NCBI GenBank assembly: GCA_963816145.1
Contig: CAWFJP010000029.1
Location: 128,001 to 192,000 of the forward strand
Direction: 5' to 3'
Length of the DNA stretch: 64,000 bases
DNA from: an uncultured delta proteobacterium
GTDB taxonomy: Bacteria; Desulfobacterota; Binatia; UBA9968
Shown: one piece after another, positions 11,872 through 21,887 of the stretch
How positions within the stretch are numbered: position 1 is the stretch's first letter
Layout: every line of letters starts with the position of its first letter
Notes under the pieces: model-generated
The model's input: the letters and a program-made list of their open reading frames with translations, nothing else
The model's database searches: none
Told to the model about the DNA's origin: nothing
Program-made: the position numbers and the translations under genes

Positions 11872-14800
11872 ATGCAAAACGAAACCGGGAGGCAAGCGCT
11901 TATTGAACAGCATCAACGAGCCAGGTCGACGGCAGCGCAAATAGCGGGTCGTATCCCACGTCGTGTCACGCAAGGGCCTGCGCCGCTCTCCGCCGCGCAG
12001 AAGCGACTCTGGATATTACAGCAACTGGAACCCGACAATCCGGTTTTCAACCGCCCTCTCGCGCTTCGCCTCACTGGGGAGCTAGACCCGAGTGTTCTAA
12101 CGCACAGTATTAGCGAAATCGTGCGACGGCACGAAGCTTTGCGCACCGTTTTCCCGGGCCAAGGAGGCGATCCTGTCCAAATTGTGCTCCCGCCCCGGAA
12201 ACTTACCCTGGAGATAATAGATCTTCAGCATCTTGACGAAGCGGCGCGGGAGGGAGAGGCGAAACGGATCGCTGCCGCTCAAGCACAGAAGATTTTCGTG
12301 CTGCCCGAGGGGCCGCTCATCCGGACATTGCTGCTGCGGCTGGCAAAGCAGAAGCACGTGCTGTTGTTGCTGATGCATCACATCGTGTTTGACGGATGGT
12401 CCGAGACCGTGCTTCTGCGGGAATTGGGAGTTCTATACGATGCATTCACCAGCGGTAAGGCCACGCCCCTGCCAGAGGTGCCGATCCACTATGCGGATTT
12501 TGCCGTTTGGCAGCAGGAGCGGCTCGGCGAGGAGACCTTCAAGAAACAACTGCGCTACTGGGAGCGGCAACTGGACGGGATGCCTCCTGCGCTCACGCTA
12601 CCGACGGATTACCCAAGGCAGAAAACCCTAAATTACCGAGGTGATCGACGGACTTTTGTGCTGTCCCTCGTAGTGGCCGAACAGCTTAAAGAACTCAGCC
12701 GTCGAGAGCGCGTTACGCTTTTCATGACGCTGTTCGCGACGTTCCAAATATTGCTGGGTCGCTATGCGAGGCAGGACGATGTGGTCGTAGGGGTACCGAT
12801 CGCTGGGCGGACGCACGCGGAGACGGAGGGGCTGATTGGCTGTTTCATGAACGTGCTGGTCATGCGAACGGATCTCTCCGGCGACCCAACATTCCGAGAA
12901 TTACTTGGGCGGGTTCGGGATGTCGCGTTGCAGTCCTACGCCCATCAGGAGGTGCCGTTTGAAAAAGTGGTGGAGGTGCTGCGGCCAGAGCGAGACTTAC
13001 ACCGATGGCCTTTGTTTCAGGTTATGTTCCACCTGCGTAACCTACCTAGGGTAAACTTAGTGACGGCAGGAAACGTCCACATTGAGCCGTTTCCGTTCGA
13101 CCCTGGGATGATCGGGGGACTAGATCTGAGCCTGGAAATGCAGGATCTTTCGGACGGTCTTCACTGTACCTTTAGATACGCTATCGAGTTTCAGACCGGC
13201 ACCATCGAGCGGATGGCAGAGCAATTCCGCATCCTGCTGGAGACCGTTGTGGCCGATCCAGATCGATCTATAGCCAATTTGTCGCTATTGAATGACCGGG
13301 AGCGCCACCAGTTCCTCATCGAGTGGAACGATACCAAGCGGGAGTATCTCCAAGACAAGTGCGTTCATCAACTCTTTGAAGAACAAGTAGAGCGCACGCC
13401 GGACGCTGTCGCGCTCGTCTTTCAAGACCAGCAATTAACTTACGGCGAACTCAATATTAGAGGCAACCAGTTGGCGCATTATCTGCGCAAGCTCGGCGTG
13501 GGGCCGGACGCGCTGGTTGCCATCTGCGTAGAGCGGTCTGTAGAAATGATCGTGGGCCTGCTCGGCATCCTCAAAGCCGGCGGAGCCTACGTGCCGTTGG
13601 ACCCGTCGTATCCGCGAGAGCAACTTGCTTTTATGCTCGAGGATACTCAAGTGCCAGTTCTGCTGACGCAACAATCGCTGTCAAGGGATCTTCCCCAGCA
13701 TGGGGCGCTTGTTGTGTGCCTGGACGCAGAACGGGACCGAGTTCTCGCCAATGAGAGCAAGGAGAATCCTGTCACTTGTGTCACACCCGACAACCTTGCG
13801 TACGTGATCTATACTTCAGGATCCACGGGCAGACCAAAGGGCGTGATGGCGTGTCACCGTGGGGTTTGCAATTACTTGCATTGGAGACACGACTACTTTC
13901 CACTGACGGAAGCAGATCGATTACTACAAAAAGCTTCTTTGAGTTTTGATGATTCGGTCTGGGAGTTTTTTGAGCCTCTAACGGTCGGAGCGCGATTGAT
14001 CATGGCGTTGCCCGGCGGTTATCGGGACTCTGCCTATCTTGTTCGAGTGATTGCCGAGCAGAAAATTACTGCGGTCTCGTTCGTGCCCTCGATGCTGCAA
14101 GTATTCCTACAGGAAGAGGGGGTAGAAAGATGCAACGGTTTGAGACGAGTCACGATCGGCGGCGAGGCGCTGTCGGTCGAGCTCCAGGAGCGCTATTTCG
14201 CGCGGCTGGGCGCCGAGCTCTACAACGGCTACGGACCGACTGAAGCGACCATTGCGGCGATCTTCTGGGCTTGCAAGCGCGGCGACCCTCGACGCGTTGT
14301 GCCCATCGGCCGCCCGATCGCCAACGCACAGATCTACTTATTGGACTCACATTTACAGCCAGTTCCCATCGGTATCCCAGGTGAATTGCACATTGGTGGT
14401 GTCGGTCTAGCTCGGGGCTACCTCAACAGGCCTGATCTAACGGCTGAGCGGTTTATTCCTGATCCATTCAGCGCAAAGGCTGGCGCGCGGCTGTACAAGA
14501 CCGGTGACTTAGCCCGCTATCTGCCGGACGGCAACATCGAGTTTCTCGGACGAATGGACGACCAGGTCAAAATCCGCGGCTATCGTATCGAGCTTGGAGA
14601 AATCGAGGCGATGCTCGGGCAATATCCCGCGGTTGAGAGTTCGTTGGTGGTGGTGCGAGAGGATACGCCTGGTGACAGGCGGTTAGTCGCTTACTTGGTA
14701 GCGCGGCCAGAAGCGTCGTTCAACGCTATGGAGGCGAGAAAGTATCTTAAGCAAAAATTACCTGAGTACATGATTCCTTCCGCTTTCGTGCTGTTGAATG

Positions 14801-15216
14801 AATTGCCATTAACACCCAATGGCAAGGTAGATCGCAACGCGGTGCCGATTCCCGACAAACGCCAACGAGACCAAGGAAGAATGTATCGCGAACCGCGCAC
14901 ACCGGCGGAAAAGCAGATTGAGAGAATATGGGCCGACGTATTACGGTTGGACAAAGTGAGCATCGACGATAATTTTTTTGATTTAGGCGGTCATTCGTTG
15001 CTTGCTACGCAAGTGGTGACACGGTTAAAAATGCTGTTTCCAAACGAAATAGCTCTACGTCAACTGTTCGAGTTCCCAACCATTGCGGAATTAGCGGCTG
15101 TGATCATTGATAGTCAAAGAAGGCGGCTGGGAGACGAGGAGTTGGCGAAACTTCTCGACGAAGTGGAATCGCTATCGGATGAGAAAGCACAGGGGATTGT
15201 TAGGGAAAAGTTTTGA
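11872..15216 (+). CDS. NRPS 3, C-A-T
   Basis: HHIVFDG, YTSGSTGRPKG, YGPTE, YKTGD, GGHSLLA; acidic helical tail; no TE. Confidence 0.95.
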   Translation: MQNETGRQALIEQHQRARSTAAQIAGRIPRRVTQGPAPLSAAQKRLWILQQLEPDNPVFNRPLALRLTGELDPSVLTHSISEIVRRHEALRTVFPGQGGDPVQIVLPPRKLTLEIIDLQHLDEAAREGEAKRIAAAQAQKIFVLPEGPLIRTLLLRLAKQKHVLLLLMHHIVFDGWSETVLLRELGVLYDAFTSGKATPLPEVPIHYADFAVWQQERLGEETFKKQLRYWERQLDGMPPALTLPTDYPRQKTLNYRGDRRTFVLSLVVAEQLKELSRRERVTLFMTLFATFQILLGRYARQDDVVVGVPIAGRTHAETEGLIGCFMNVLVMRTDLSGDPTFRELLGRVRDVALQSYAHQEVPFEKVVEVLRPERDLHRWPLFQVMFHLRNLPRVNLVTAGNVHIEPFPFDPGMIGGLDLSLEMQDLSDGLHCTFRYAIEFQTGTIERMAEQFRILLETVVADPDRSIANLSLLNDRERHQFLIEWNDTKREYLQDKCVHQLFEEQVERTPDAVALVFQDQQLTYGELNIRGNQLAHYLRKLGVGPDALVAICVERSVEMIVGLLGILKAGGAYVPLDPSYPREQLAFMLEDTQVPVLLTQQSLSRDLPQHGALVVCLDAERDRVLANESKENPVTCVTPDNLAYVIYTSGSTGRPKGVMACHRGVCNYLHWRHDYFPLTEADRLLQKASLSFDDSVWEFFEPLTVGARLIMALPGGYRDSAYLVRVIAEQKITAVSFVPSMLQVFLQEEGVERCNGLRRVTIGGEALSVELQERYFARLGAELYNGYGPTEATIAAIFWACKRGDPRRVVPIGRPIANAQIYLLDSHLQPVPIGIPGELHIGGVGLARGYLNRPDLTAERFIPDPFSAKAGARLYKTGDLARYLPDGNIEFLGRMDDQVKIRGYRIELGEIEAMLGQYPAVESSLVVVREDTPGDRRLVAYLVARPEASFNAMEARKYLKQKLPEYMIPSAFVLLNELPLTPNGKVDRNAVPIPDKRQRDQGRMYREPRTPAEKQIERIWADVLRLDKVSIDDNFFDLGGHSLLATQVVTRLKMLFPNEIALRQLFEFPTIAELAAVIIDSQRRRLGDEELAKLLDEVESLSDEKAQGIVREKF

Positions 15217-15334
15217 TGGGACGGAAAAAAACTGATTCCGCCGGGACCAATTGCCGTCTTATGAGAAGCTTAAGCCGCTTGCTGCGAGAAAGCCCAATCG
15301 GAGTCAACGCCGCTTTCGAGCGCAAGATATTTCG

Positions 15335-15604
15335 CTATTTTCCACCGGTCAGGGATGCTTGCACTTTTTTAAATGTGTCGAGATTTTTCTGTAAGCCAGT
15401 AATATGGTCCTGCATCTCGACGATCGACGAGCCAAATTGGGCTACCGAACCGACCGGGCCACCTGCCTTGCCGGCTTGTTCCAGCAACCCGCCGATCTGG
15501 GCCTCAGCTTGCCGCTGCGTCATCGAGCCGCAAACGTAACCCAGCCCGAATACACCCAAGATCACGGCGGTCATCAATCCCCGAGAAAATTTCCTTTTTG
15601 ACAT
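15335..15604 (-). CDS. small exported or membrane-anchored hypothetical protein
   Basis: SD GAGG upstream; basic N-terminus, hydrophobic stretch, predicted helical C-terminus. Confidence 0.75.
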   Translation of the reverse strand: MSKRKFSRGLMTAVILGVFGLGYVCGSMTQRQAEAQIGGLLEQAGKAGGPVGSVAQFGSSIVEMQDHITGLQKNLDTFKKVQASLTGGK

Positions 15605-15774
15605 AACTACCTCGTTTTGAATTTGATACTAACTAATCAGCAAAATATTGCACCGTAAAACTATTTTTGGCAACAGTGAAAGCTGCTGCGCGCCAGTTCC
15701 TGATTTGACTTGTAGTGCGGCTCGCAGCATGGTCGTTACGTGCGCAAAGAAAAACCCGGGGAGTAAGATTAGCT

Positions 15775-16788
15775 ATGCGATTCGGCATTGAGTTTGGCAG
15801 TTACCCGTCGGATTTGCCGCCGGTGGAGGTGTGTCAGCAGGTTACGGAACGGGCGCTGGTGGCGCAGAGGAATAATTTCGAAGCACTGTTTGTCGCTCAG
15901 CATTTTCTCACCGGGCCGGATGCGGCGATCTTGCAATCGATTCCGCTGTTGTCCTATTTGGCCGGGCGGGTGCCGGGGATGTATGTCGGTACTTCGATCT
16001 TTCTCTTGCCGCTACACCATCCGGTGATGGTCGCCGAGTACATGGCGACGCTCGACAATCTGTCCGGCGGCAAGCTTCTTTTCGGGGTCGGCCAGGGCTA
16101 TCGCACAAGCGAGTTCAATTCCTTTGGCATCGATTTGCGCGAGCGACGCGGCCGATTGGTCGAGAGCCTGGAGGTCATCCGCCGGCTCTGGAGGGAAGAC
16201 ATTGTGACGTTTCACGGCGAGTATTTTCATCTCGACAAAGTGTCGATGGCGCCCAAACCGCTGCAGCATCCCGGTCCGCCAATACTGCTCGGCGCAGACG
16301 CTGTCAGGACCGTCGCCAAAGTTCCCGAGGTGGCGGACCATTGGATTGCCAGCCGGCGCCACTCGAAGGCGTTCTTGCGCGAAGCGCTGCCGATCTACAA
16401 AGTTGCCCTGGAGAAGCAGGGGCGGCCGTATAAAGGGTTGTTTATTTTTCGCGACCTATGCATAGCCGACAGCTCGCGCGAAGCTGAAGAGCGTATTCGC
16501 GAAGGCTACGAGCGGCGTTATTTGCGCTATCAGCAATGGGGCCAACCCGGCGAGCGCTACGATCTCAAGTTCGATGAGTTGAAGCGCGACCGCTTGATCC
16601 TCGGCAGTCCTGCCGAAGTCGTCGAGCAGGTGATGGCCTATCACGAGGAATTCGGCGCCGAGGTGATGTGGTTCATGGTCGATTGGCCGGGCATGGACCC
16701 GCGTTTTACTCTGGAGACCATCGAGCGCTTTGGCGCGGAGGTGATCCCGCAAGTCAACCGACGAACAAAGCCCTGCCCGCTGCCGTGA
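15775..16788 (+). CDS. LLM-class (luciferase-like) flavin-dependent oxidoreductase
   Basis: AQHF, LPLHHPVMVAE, LDNLSGGKLLFGVGQGY, PKPLQHPGPPI. Confidence 0.92.
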   Translation: MRFGIEFGSYPSDLPPVEVCQQVTERALVAQRNNFEALFVAQHFLTGPDAAILQSIPLLSYLAGRVPGMYVGTSIFLLPLHHPVMVAEYMATLDNLSGGKLLFGVGQGYRTSEFNSFGIDLRERRGRLVESLEVIRRLWREDIVTFHGEYFHLDKVSMAPKPLQHPGPPILLGADAVRTVAKVPEVADHWIASRRHSKAFLREALPIYKVALEKQGRPYKGLFIFRDLCIADSSREAEERIREGYERRYLRYQQWGQPGERYDLKFDELKRDRLILGSPAEVVEQVMAYHEEFGAEVMWFMVDWPGMDPRFTLETIERFGAEVIPQVNRRTKPCPLP

Positions 16789-16804
16789 GGCTGCATGTTC
16801 TTTG

Positions 16805-16864
16805 GTAGGGACGACCCACTACGGTCGTTCGTCCGAAAGGGCAGACACGGGGGTCTGCTCCTAC
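16805..16864. repeat. GTAG-type REP doublet
   Basis: GTAGGGACGACC...GGGCAGACACGGGGGTCTGCTCCTAC; relatives at 34628, 36964-37023 and 45506-45535. Confidence 0.7.
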
Positions 16865-16989
16865 ATTGGCCAACGAATCACTAATATTGATGTGAATTAC
16901 TTTGCTCCGTTATTGTCAGTGCGCGACGAGCTATGATACAAAATTTGTTTTACGAAATGACCATTACGAACAGCTAAGAGGAGTTTCTC

Positions 16990-18228
16990 ATGCAACAGGA
17001 AGTTTTGGACCAAGTCGACCGCGAGCGTATCGTCGAGGTGGCGTGCAACCTCGCCAACATCGTCAGCATCACCGGCGATGAGGAAAATGTCGCCAAGTAT
17101 CTGGGCAGCGAGTTCGAAAAACTCGGCATGCAAGTTGAGTATCAATATGTCGAAGACGGGCGGCCTAACGTTATCGGCAGGCTCAAAGGCTCAGGAGGCG
17201 GCGCAACCTTGATGTTCAACGCGCATATGGATCACTTCGACGCGCCGCAGGAGACCGTGGTCGACGAGGACCGCATCTATGGCCGCGGTTTGGTCAACAT
17301 GAAGGCGGCGTTTCCCTGCTACATCGAAGCGGTATCGGCGTTGCAAAAAGCCGGCGCGACGCTCAAGGGCGATTTGATCATCTCCGGCGTAGTCGGCGAG
17401 ATCGAAAAGGCCCAGATCGGTCGCTTCCACGGCAAAGAGTATCGCGGCGCCGGCGTCGGCGCGCGCTATTTGATGGACCACGGCGTGATGGCCGATATGT
17501 GCATCATCGGCGAGCCCACCGGCTTGCAGCTGCAAATCGGCAACTCAGGTCTTCTCTGGGCGCGCGTGAGCGTCGACGGCAGAGCGACCAAATTCGTTCT
17601 CGCCGCCTGCAAGGTCGCGCAAGCGATTCAAGATTGGGAAAAGGAATACCAGCGCAAAAATCCCCACAAGTTCATGCTGCCGACGGTGCAGATCGGCGCC
17701 ATCGATGGCGGCAACGCATTCAAACCCGGCACTCGACCGACCACCGATATCTTCGTCATCGTCAAGATGCTTCCAGGTGCCGTGCCGCTGGCGATCAAGC
17801 GCGACATCGAAGCGGTGTGTGAAAAGGTGCGCAAGCGCGAACCGGATATTCTCGACATTCGCATCGAGCTTTATCTGACCACGCCCGGCTACGAGATCTC
17901 CAAGAGCGAACCTTTGGTGAAAGTCATGGAGGCCGCGCACAAGACCGTCTTCAAGTCACCGGTGCCCTATGCCAAGCCGATTCGTTACGGCATCACCAGC
18001 GACGGCTCGCGCATCGCCCAATACGGCGTGCCGGCGATCACCTACGGTCCCGGCTTCGGCACCCATCTGATCGACCCGACCGAGACCAAAGCGGGTGAGG
18101 AGTGGGATTCGCCCACCGGGGTGCGCCGCGGCGTCGGCATCTCCAATATGGTCAACTGCGCGAAAGTCTACGCCATGGCGGCGCTGGATAGTTGTAACCG
18201 GAAGAAAGAGGAAGTCGCTAAGTCGTAA
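16990..18228 (+). CDS. M20/ArgE-DapE-like metallohydrolase
   Basis: FNAHMD, IYGRGLVNMK, IIGEPT, TYGPG. Confidence 0.88.
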   Translation: MQQEVLDQVDRERIVEVACNLANIVSITGDEENVAKYLGSEFEKLGMQVEYQYVEDGRPNVIGRLKGSGGGATLMFNAHMDHFDAPQETVVDEDRIYGRGLVNMKAAFPCYIEAVSALQKAGATLKGDLIISGVVGEIEKAQIGRFHGKEYRGAGVGARYLMDHGVMADMCIIGEPTGLQLQIGNSGLLWARVSVDGRATKFVLAACKVAQAIQDWEKEYQRKNPHKFMLPTVQIGAIDGGNAFKPGTRPTTDIFVIVKMLPGAVPLAIKRDIEAVCEKVRKREPDILDIRIELYLTTPGYEISKSEPLVKVMEAAHKTVFKSPVPYAKPIRYGITSDGSRIAQYGVPAITYGPGFGTHLIDPTETKAGEEWDSPTGVRRGVGISNMVNCAKVYAMAALDSCNRKKEEVAKS

Positions 18229-18325
18229 TGGATAATTGAGAATGGATAATGGAAAATGTCGGACGTTGCTCAGGTAAGTTACCTGAGTTCTTGAATTGTC
18301 CATTCTCCATTTTCCATTATCAATT
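18227..18325. repeat. inverted pair of 7-bp periodic arms
   Basis: AATGGAT/AATTGAG/AATGGAT/AATGGAA ... complementary arm; central palindrome CTCAGGTAA-G-TTACCTGAG. A single arm also occurs at 30790-30821. Confidence 0.85.
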
Positions 18326-18343
18326 TGTTGTGAAAGAACGACT

Positions 18344-19225
18344 ATGGATTTAACCTTTGCCCACTACCGTAATCGCTTCTGCATGTTCCGCACCTACTAC
18401 GCCTTGGCTGTGGGCAAGGTGAAGGCGGACGGTATCAATATGAAAGTCATCGAGCTGCCCGATCCGCCGAGCAAAGATCAGGAAGAAGCGCTGATTCGCG
18501 GCGACGTGCAGGCGGCGAATCTTTATCTGCCGAATTTTCTCCGGCGCAAACTGCAAGGCGCGCCGATTCTCGGTCTCGCCACGGAGTGGAAGTCGACCAT
18601 GAAAGGCAACGGGGTTTTCGTGCTCGCCGACGGGCCGGTAAAATCCCCCAAGGATCTCGAAGGCCGGCTCATCGCCACCCATCAGGGCATGCACGCGATT
18701 CACAGGTATTTGCTACGGCGCGCCTACGGGCTCGACGACGAGAAATTGCGCTGGGAAGGCTATCCCCAGGAAAAACTTCTCGGCGTGCTGCAGAGCGGCA
18801 AAGCGGACGCAGTGGTGCTGCTTGATCAGTTTTTTTTCCGCGGCGAGGTCGCGCCCGGCGTACGCTGTCTCTACACGGACGGCGAGGCCTGGCAAAAGCT
18901 CACCGGCTTCGACGAGATGATCAAGCATATGGTGGCGGCGCGCGAAGATCTGCTTCGCGACAATCCTGGCATCAAAGACCTGTTGCTGCGGGCCTTCCGC
19001 GAGTCGTTCGCTTACAGCGAAGCGCATTTAGAAGAAGTCGCCGACGTGTTCCTGTCGCGCTATGAAGGGGACCGTGAGGCCTTGCTCGCATCGGCGCGTT
19101 ATCCGCGCATCGAGTTTACCTTTACCGAGAAAGAACAAAAGCTCGCCCAACAGGAGATGGAGCTGCTTGTCGACGTCGGGCAGATCCCGCGGGCGGCGCC
19201 GATCGCGTCGTTATTTGCCGTTTAA
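18344..19225 (+). CDS. type-2 periplasmic-binding-fold protein (MqnA/MqnD/SsuA-like) without an obvious signal peptide
   Basis: VKSPKDLEGRLIA, LQSGKADA and AFRESFAY patterns. Confidence 0.7.
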   Translation: MDLTFAHYRNRFCMFRTYYALAVGKVKADGINMKVIELPDPPSKDQEEALIRGDVQAANLYLPNFLRRKLQGAPILGLATEWKSTMKGNGVFVLADGPVKSPKDLEGRLIATHQGMHAIHRYLLRRAYGLDDEKLRWEGYPQEKLLGVLQSGKADAVVLLDQFFFRGEVAPGVRCLYTDGEAWQKLTGFDEMIKHMVAAREDLLRDNPGIKDLLLRAFRESFAYSEAHLEEVADVFLSRYEGDREALLASARYPRIEFTFTEKEQKLAQQEMELLVDVGQIPRAAPIASLFAV

Positions 19226-19234
19226 TCCGCGCCG

Positions 19235-20221
19235 ATGTTCTTTGACCTTGCGCACCGGCGAGAAAATCCCAGACGGTTAATTCGGCTTGCCGGCGCGCTA
19301 TTTCTTTTTGTTATGTTGTCGTCTTGCTCCACCGTTCCGCTTGCCGGCGACGCCGCTCGCTTGCGCCAGACCGCCGACCTGATCGAAGAGGTTAAAGCCT
19401 TCGGTAAAACTCTTGGCATCGAACCGACGGAAGCCTTGCGCCAGACTGTCCAAGACGGCGCGTCGTTGTCGATGCTCTGGTTGTGGATGCAGCGCGAAGG
19501 GACTTTGGCGCTGCGCGGGCCGGTGGACATCCACCTGGCTATCGGTCTTAACGTCGAGAAGGAAGCGCCCAAGCTGGAGCAAGTCTACCGGGTCGCTGGT
19601 TACAGCGTGTATTATCGCCAAGGCAGCGAGTTCGCCGATCCGCGTTCGGTGGCAACCGTTGGTTTCGCCGAAGAGGCGTTGGTGCGGCGCGCTAAAGTGA
19701 TCCTGCACGAAGACCTGCATGGCGATGTCAATTTCGCATTGCCGTGGGAGATCGAGGAGGCGATCGTCACTCCGCTTGGGTCCCTGGCGGTTATTGAATA
19801 CTTGCGCCACAATGGCGACGAGAAAAATCTTCAAAACGCAACCGTTTCGCTGGCTGAAGAACGTAAAGTATCGCGCGAGCTGATGGCGGTGATCGATGAA
19901 GCGCAGCGGATTTTTGCCGCGGAGAAGGTCGACGACGCCAAGCAACAGATTCTAAACAAGCTGGCGAACTATCCAAACTATCAGCGCCAGTTCGAACGCC
20001 AGACTCGCGATCAACATAGCGGCACGGTGCTCGAAGCCAAGCTCAGTCACGACTTGGCCTATTATCGTTACTTCGACGCCATCGCGGCGCTGGCAGAAAA
20101 AGCGCCGGACTTGCGAACATTGATCGAGGATCTGAAAACGCTGCCGAAGGATACCAGCCATTCAGTCTTGCAACGGTATCTGGGCGAGTTGGATGCCAAG
20201 TATTCGGCTTCAGCCAAGTAA
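19235..20221 (+). CDS. putative lipoprotein zinc metallopeptidase
   Basis: Lipobox LSSC; HEDLH followed by a downstream EE. Confidence 0.6.
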   Translation: MFFDLAHRRENPRRLIRLAGALFLFVMLSSCSTVPLAGDAARLRQTADLIEEVKAFGKTLGIEPTEALRQTVQDGASLSMLWLWMQREGTLALRGPVDIHLAIGLNVEKEAPKLEQVYRVAGYSVYYRQGSEFADPRSVATVGFAEEALVRRAKVILHEDLHGDVNFALPWEIEEAIVTPLGSLAVIEYLRHNGDEKNLQNATVSLAEERKVSRELMAVIDEAQRIFAAEKVDDAKQQILNKLANYPNYQRQFERQTRDQHSGTVLEAKLSHDLAYYRYFDAIAALAEKAPDLRTLIEDLKTLPKDTSHSVLQRYLGELDAKYSASAK

Positions 20222-20528
20222 AGATTTTGGAGAGTGACGATTCAGGAAATCTGAGGCACTTTCTTGCTTAGGGTCTCTGTCGGGAATGGTTGAACTCCCT
20301 ACCCCATCATCTTGATGCGCTTTAAGTCACGGATGCGAGGATGGATTCCGGGGTGCGCCGGAATGACGAATGAGAGAGTCGGGATCGAGTCACCGCCAAT
20401 ACAAACTCTCGGCTTCAAGCCGAAGGTTGATTGACTACGGTTGCTTTTGAGACGACATCCCTCGCGTTACTCGGGATGACGGTTCGGAATAGTTGCAAAA
20501 CCAATGACAAGGAATCGTTTTCAGATGC

Positions 20529-21764
20529 ATGTTTGACGCGCTGCGATCCAATACTCCGTTGCGGAGTCTCGGTGCGCTTTATGGCGGCAGTTTGCTGTCC
20601 GGCGCTTGGACCATGGTGATTCCGACCATCCCGGTGCTCGCCACGCATTTCAATGTTTCGCCCGGCGCCGCGGCGCAGATCGTCACTGCGATGGCGCTGG
20701 GCCGGTTCACCGGCACACCGATCAGCGGCGTGCTGTTGGACAAGATGGGGGTGCGCGCCGTGGTGGTCTGGGGCGCGGCGGTGGTGAGCGCGGCGGCGAT
20801 TATCGCCGCGCTAATGCCTTGGCTACCGGGACTGCTGCTGCTCTGCTTCGTAATGGGTATGGGCGATAGCATCTGGGCTTTGGGCCGTGAAGTTGCCGGC
20901 GTCGACCTGGCGCGCCTGAACCAGCGCGGCCGGGTACTGTCGACTTTGCACGGTACCCACAACGCCGGCACGGCGCTCTGTCCCTGGCTCGGCGGATTGT
21001 TGACTGAGCGTTTCGATTTCCATGCGGCGTTTCTCGTTTACGGGATGTTTGCCGCGTTATCGGTGCTGCTGGGCTTCGGTGCGCCGGTTGCCAAAGCCGA
21101 GCATCACGGTGCGCCCAAGAGTGCGGCAATTACTGGCTGGTCGCTTGCGGCCATTCGCGAACGTGTGCGTGGCTTCGGCGCACTGTTCTTGGAGATTCAT
21201 CCGGGTCTGCGCTCGACCTATATCGCTTTGGTGGTGGCGACCTGGGCGAGCCATTCTTACCGGATCACGCTGCAAAGCATGCTGCCGCTGTACGCCGGCA
21301 CCTATCTGCATTTTTCGCCCTCACAGGTTGGACTGTTATTCTCGATCTCCGGCGCGTTCGTCTTCGCCATGATTATTCCCTCGGGCATCATTATGGACAA
21401 AGTCGGCCGCAAGTGGGCGACAGTGCCGAGCACAGGATTGCCGGCGCTGGCGTTCTTGCTGATCCCGTTCACCGATAGCTTTATACAGTTGGCGATGATG
21501 TTGTCGTTGACGGGTATATGCAACGGCTTGTCGCTGGGCTCCATGTCGGTGTCGACCTTCGATGTCGTGCCGGCACACGCGCGCGGCCGTCTGCAAGCGG
21601 CGCGGCGCATGATCGCTGAAATGGGCGGCACGCTGGCACCGCTCGTCGGCGGTTACTTAGCGACACGTTTCAGTCCCGGCGTGCCATTCTGGGTGTACGT
21701 TCCGATACTGTTATTCGCCGCGGTTTATTTGGCGATGGCAGGGCGGGAGACGTTGGAACGGTAG
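20529..21764 (+). CDS. MFS transporter
   Basis: About 12 hydrophobic segments; GVLLDKMG and GIIMDKVGRK motif A. Confidence 0.92.
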   Translation: MFDALRSNTPLRSLGALYGGSLLSGAWTMVIPTIPVLATHFNVSPGAAAQIVTAMALGRFTGTPISGVLLDKMGVRAVVVWGAAVVSAAAIIAALMPWLPGLLLLCFVMGMGDSIWALGREVAGVDLARLNQRGRVLSTLHGTHNAGTALCPWLGGLLTERFDFHAAFLVYGMFAALSVLLGFGAPVAKAEHHGAPKSAAITGWSLAAIRERVRGFGALFLEIHPGLRSTYIALVVATWASHSYRITLQSMLPLYAGTYLHFSPSQVGLLFSISGAFVFAMIIPSGIIMDKVGRKWATVPSTGLPALAFLLIPFTDSFIQLAMMLSLTGICNGLSLGSMSVSTFDVVPAHARGRLQAARRMIAEMGGTLAPLVGGYLATRFSPGVPFWVYVPILLFAAVYLAMAGRETLER

Positions 21765-21768
21765 AGAC

Positions 21769-21845
21769 GGTGAGGGGTAAAGGGTTAGGGGTGAGGCGAC
21801 CTACCATCCTCCCGCGGCCTTACCCTTCGCCCTTTACCGCCTTAC
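21769..21845. repeat. inverted pair of 7-bp periodic arms (GGTRAGG type)
   Basis: GGTGAGG/GGTAAAG/GGTTAGG/GGTGAGG ... CCTTACC/CTTCGCC/CTTTACC. Confidence 0.75.
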
Positions 21846-21887
21846 GAACCGTACGCCGTCGGGCAGTTATCTAAGTTCTACAGAAAT

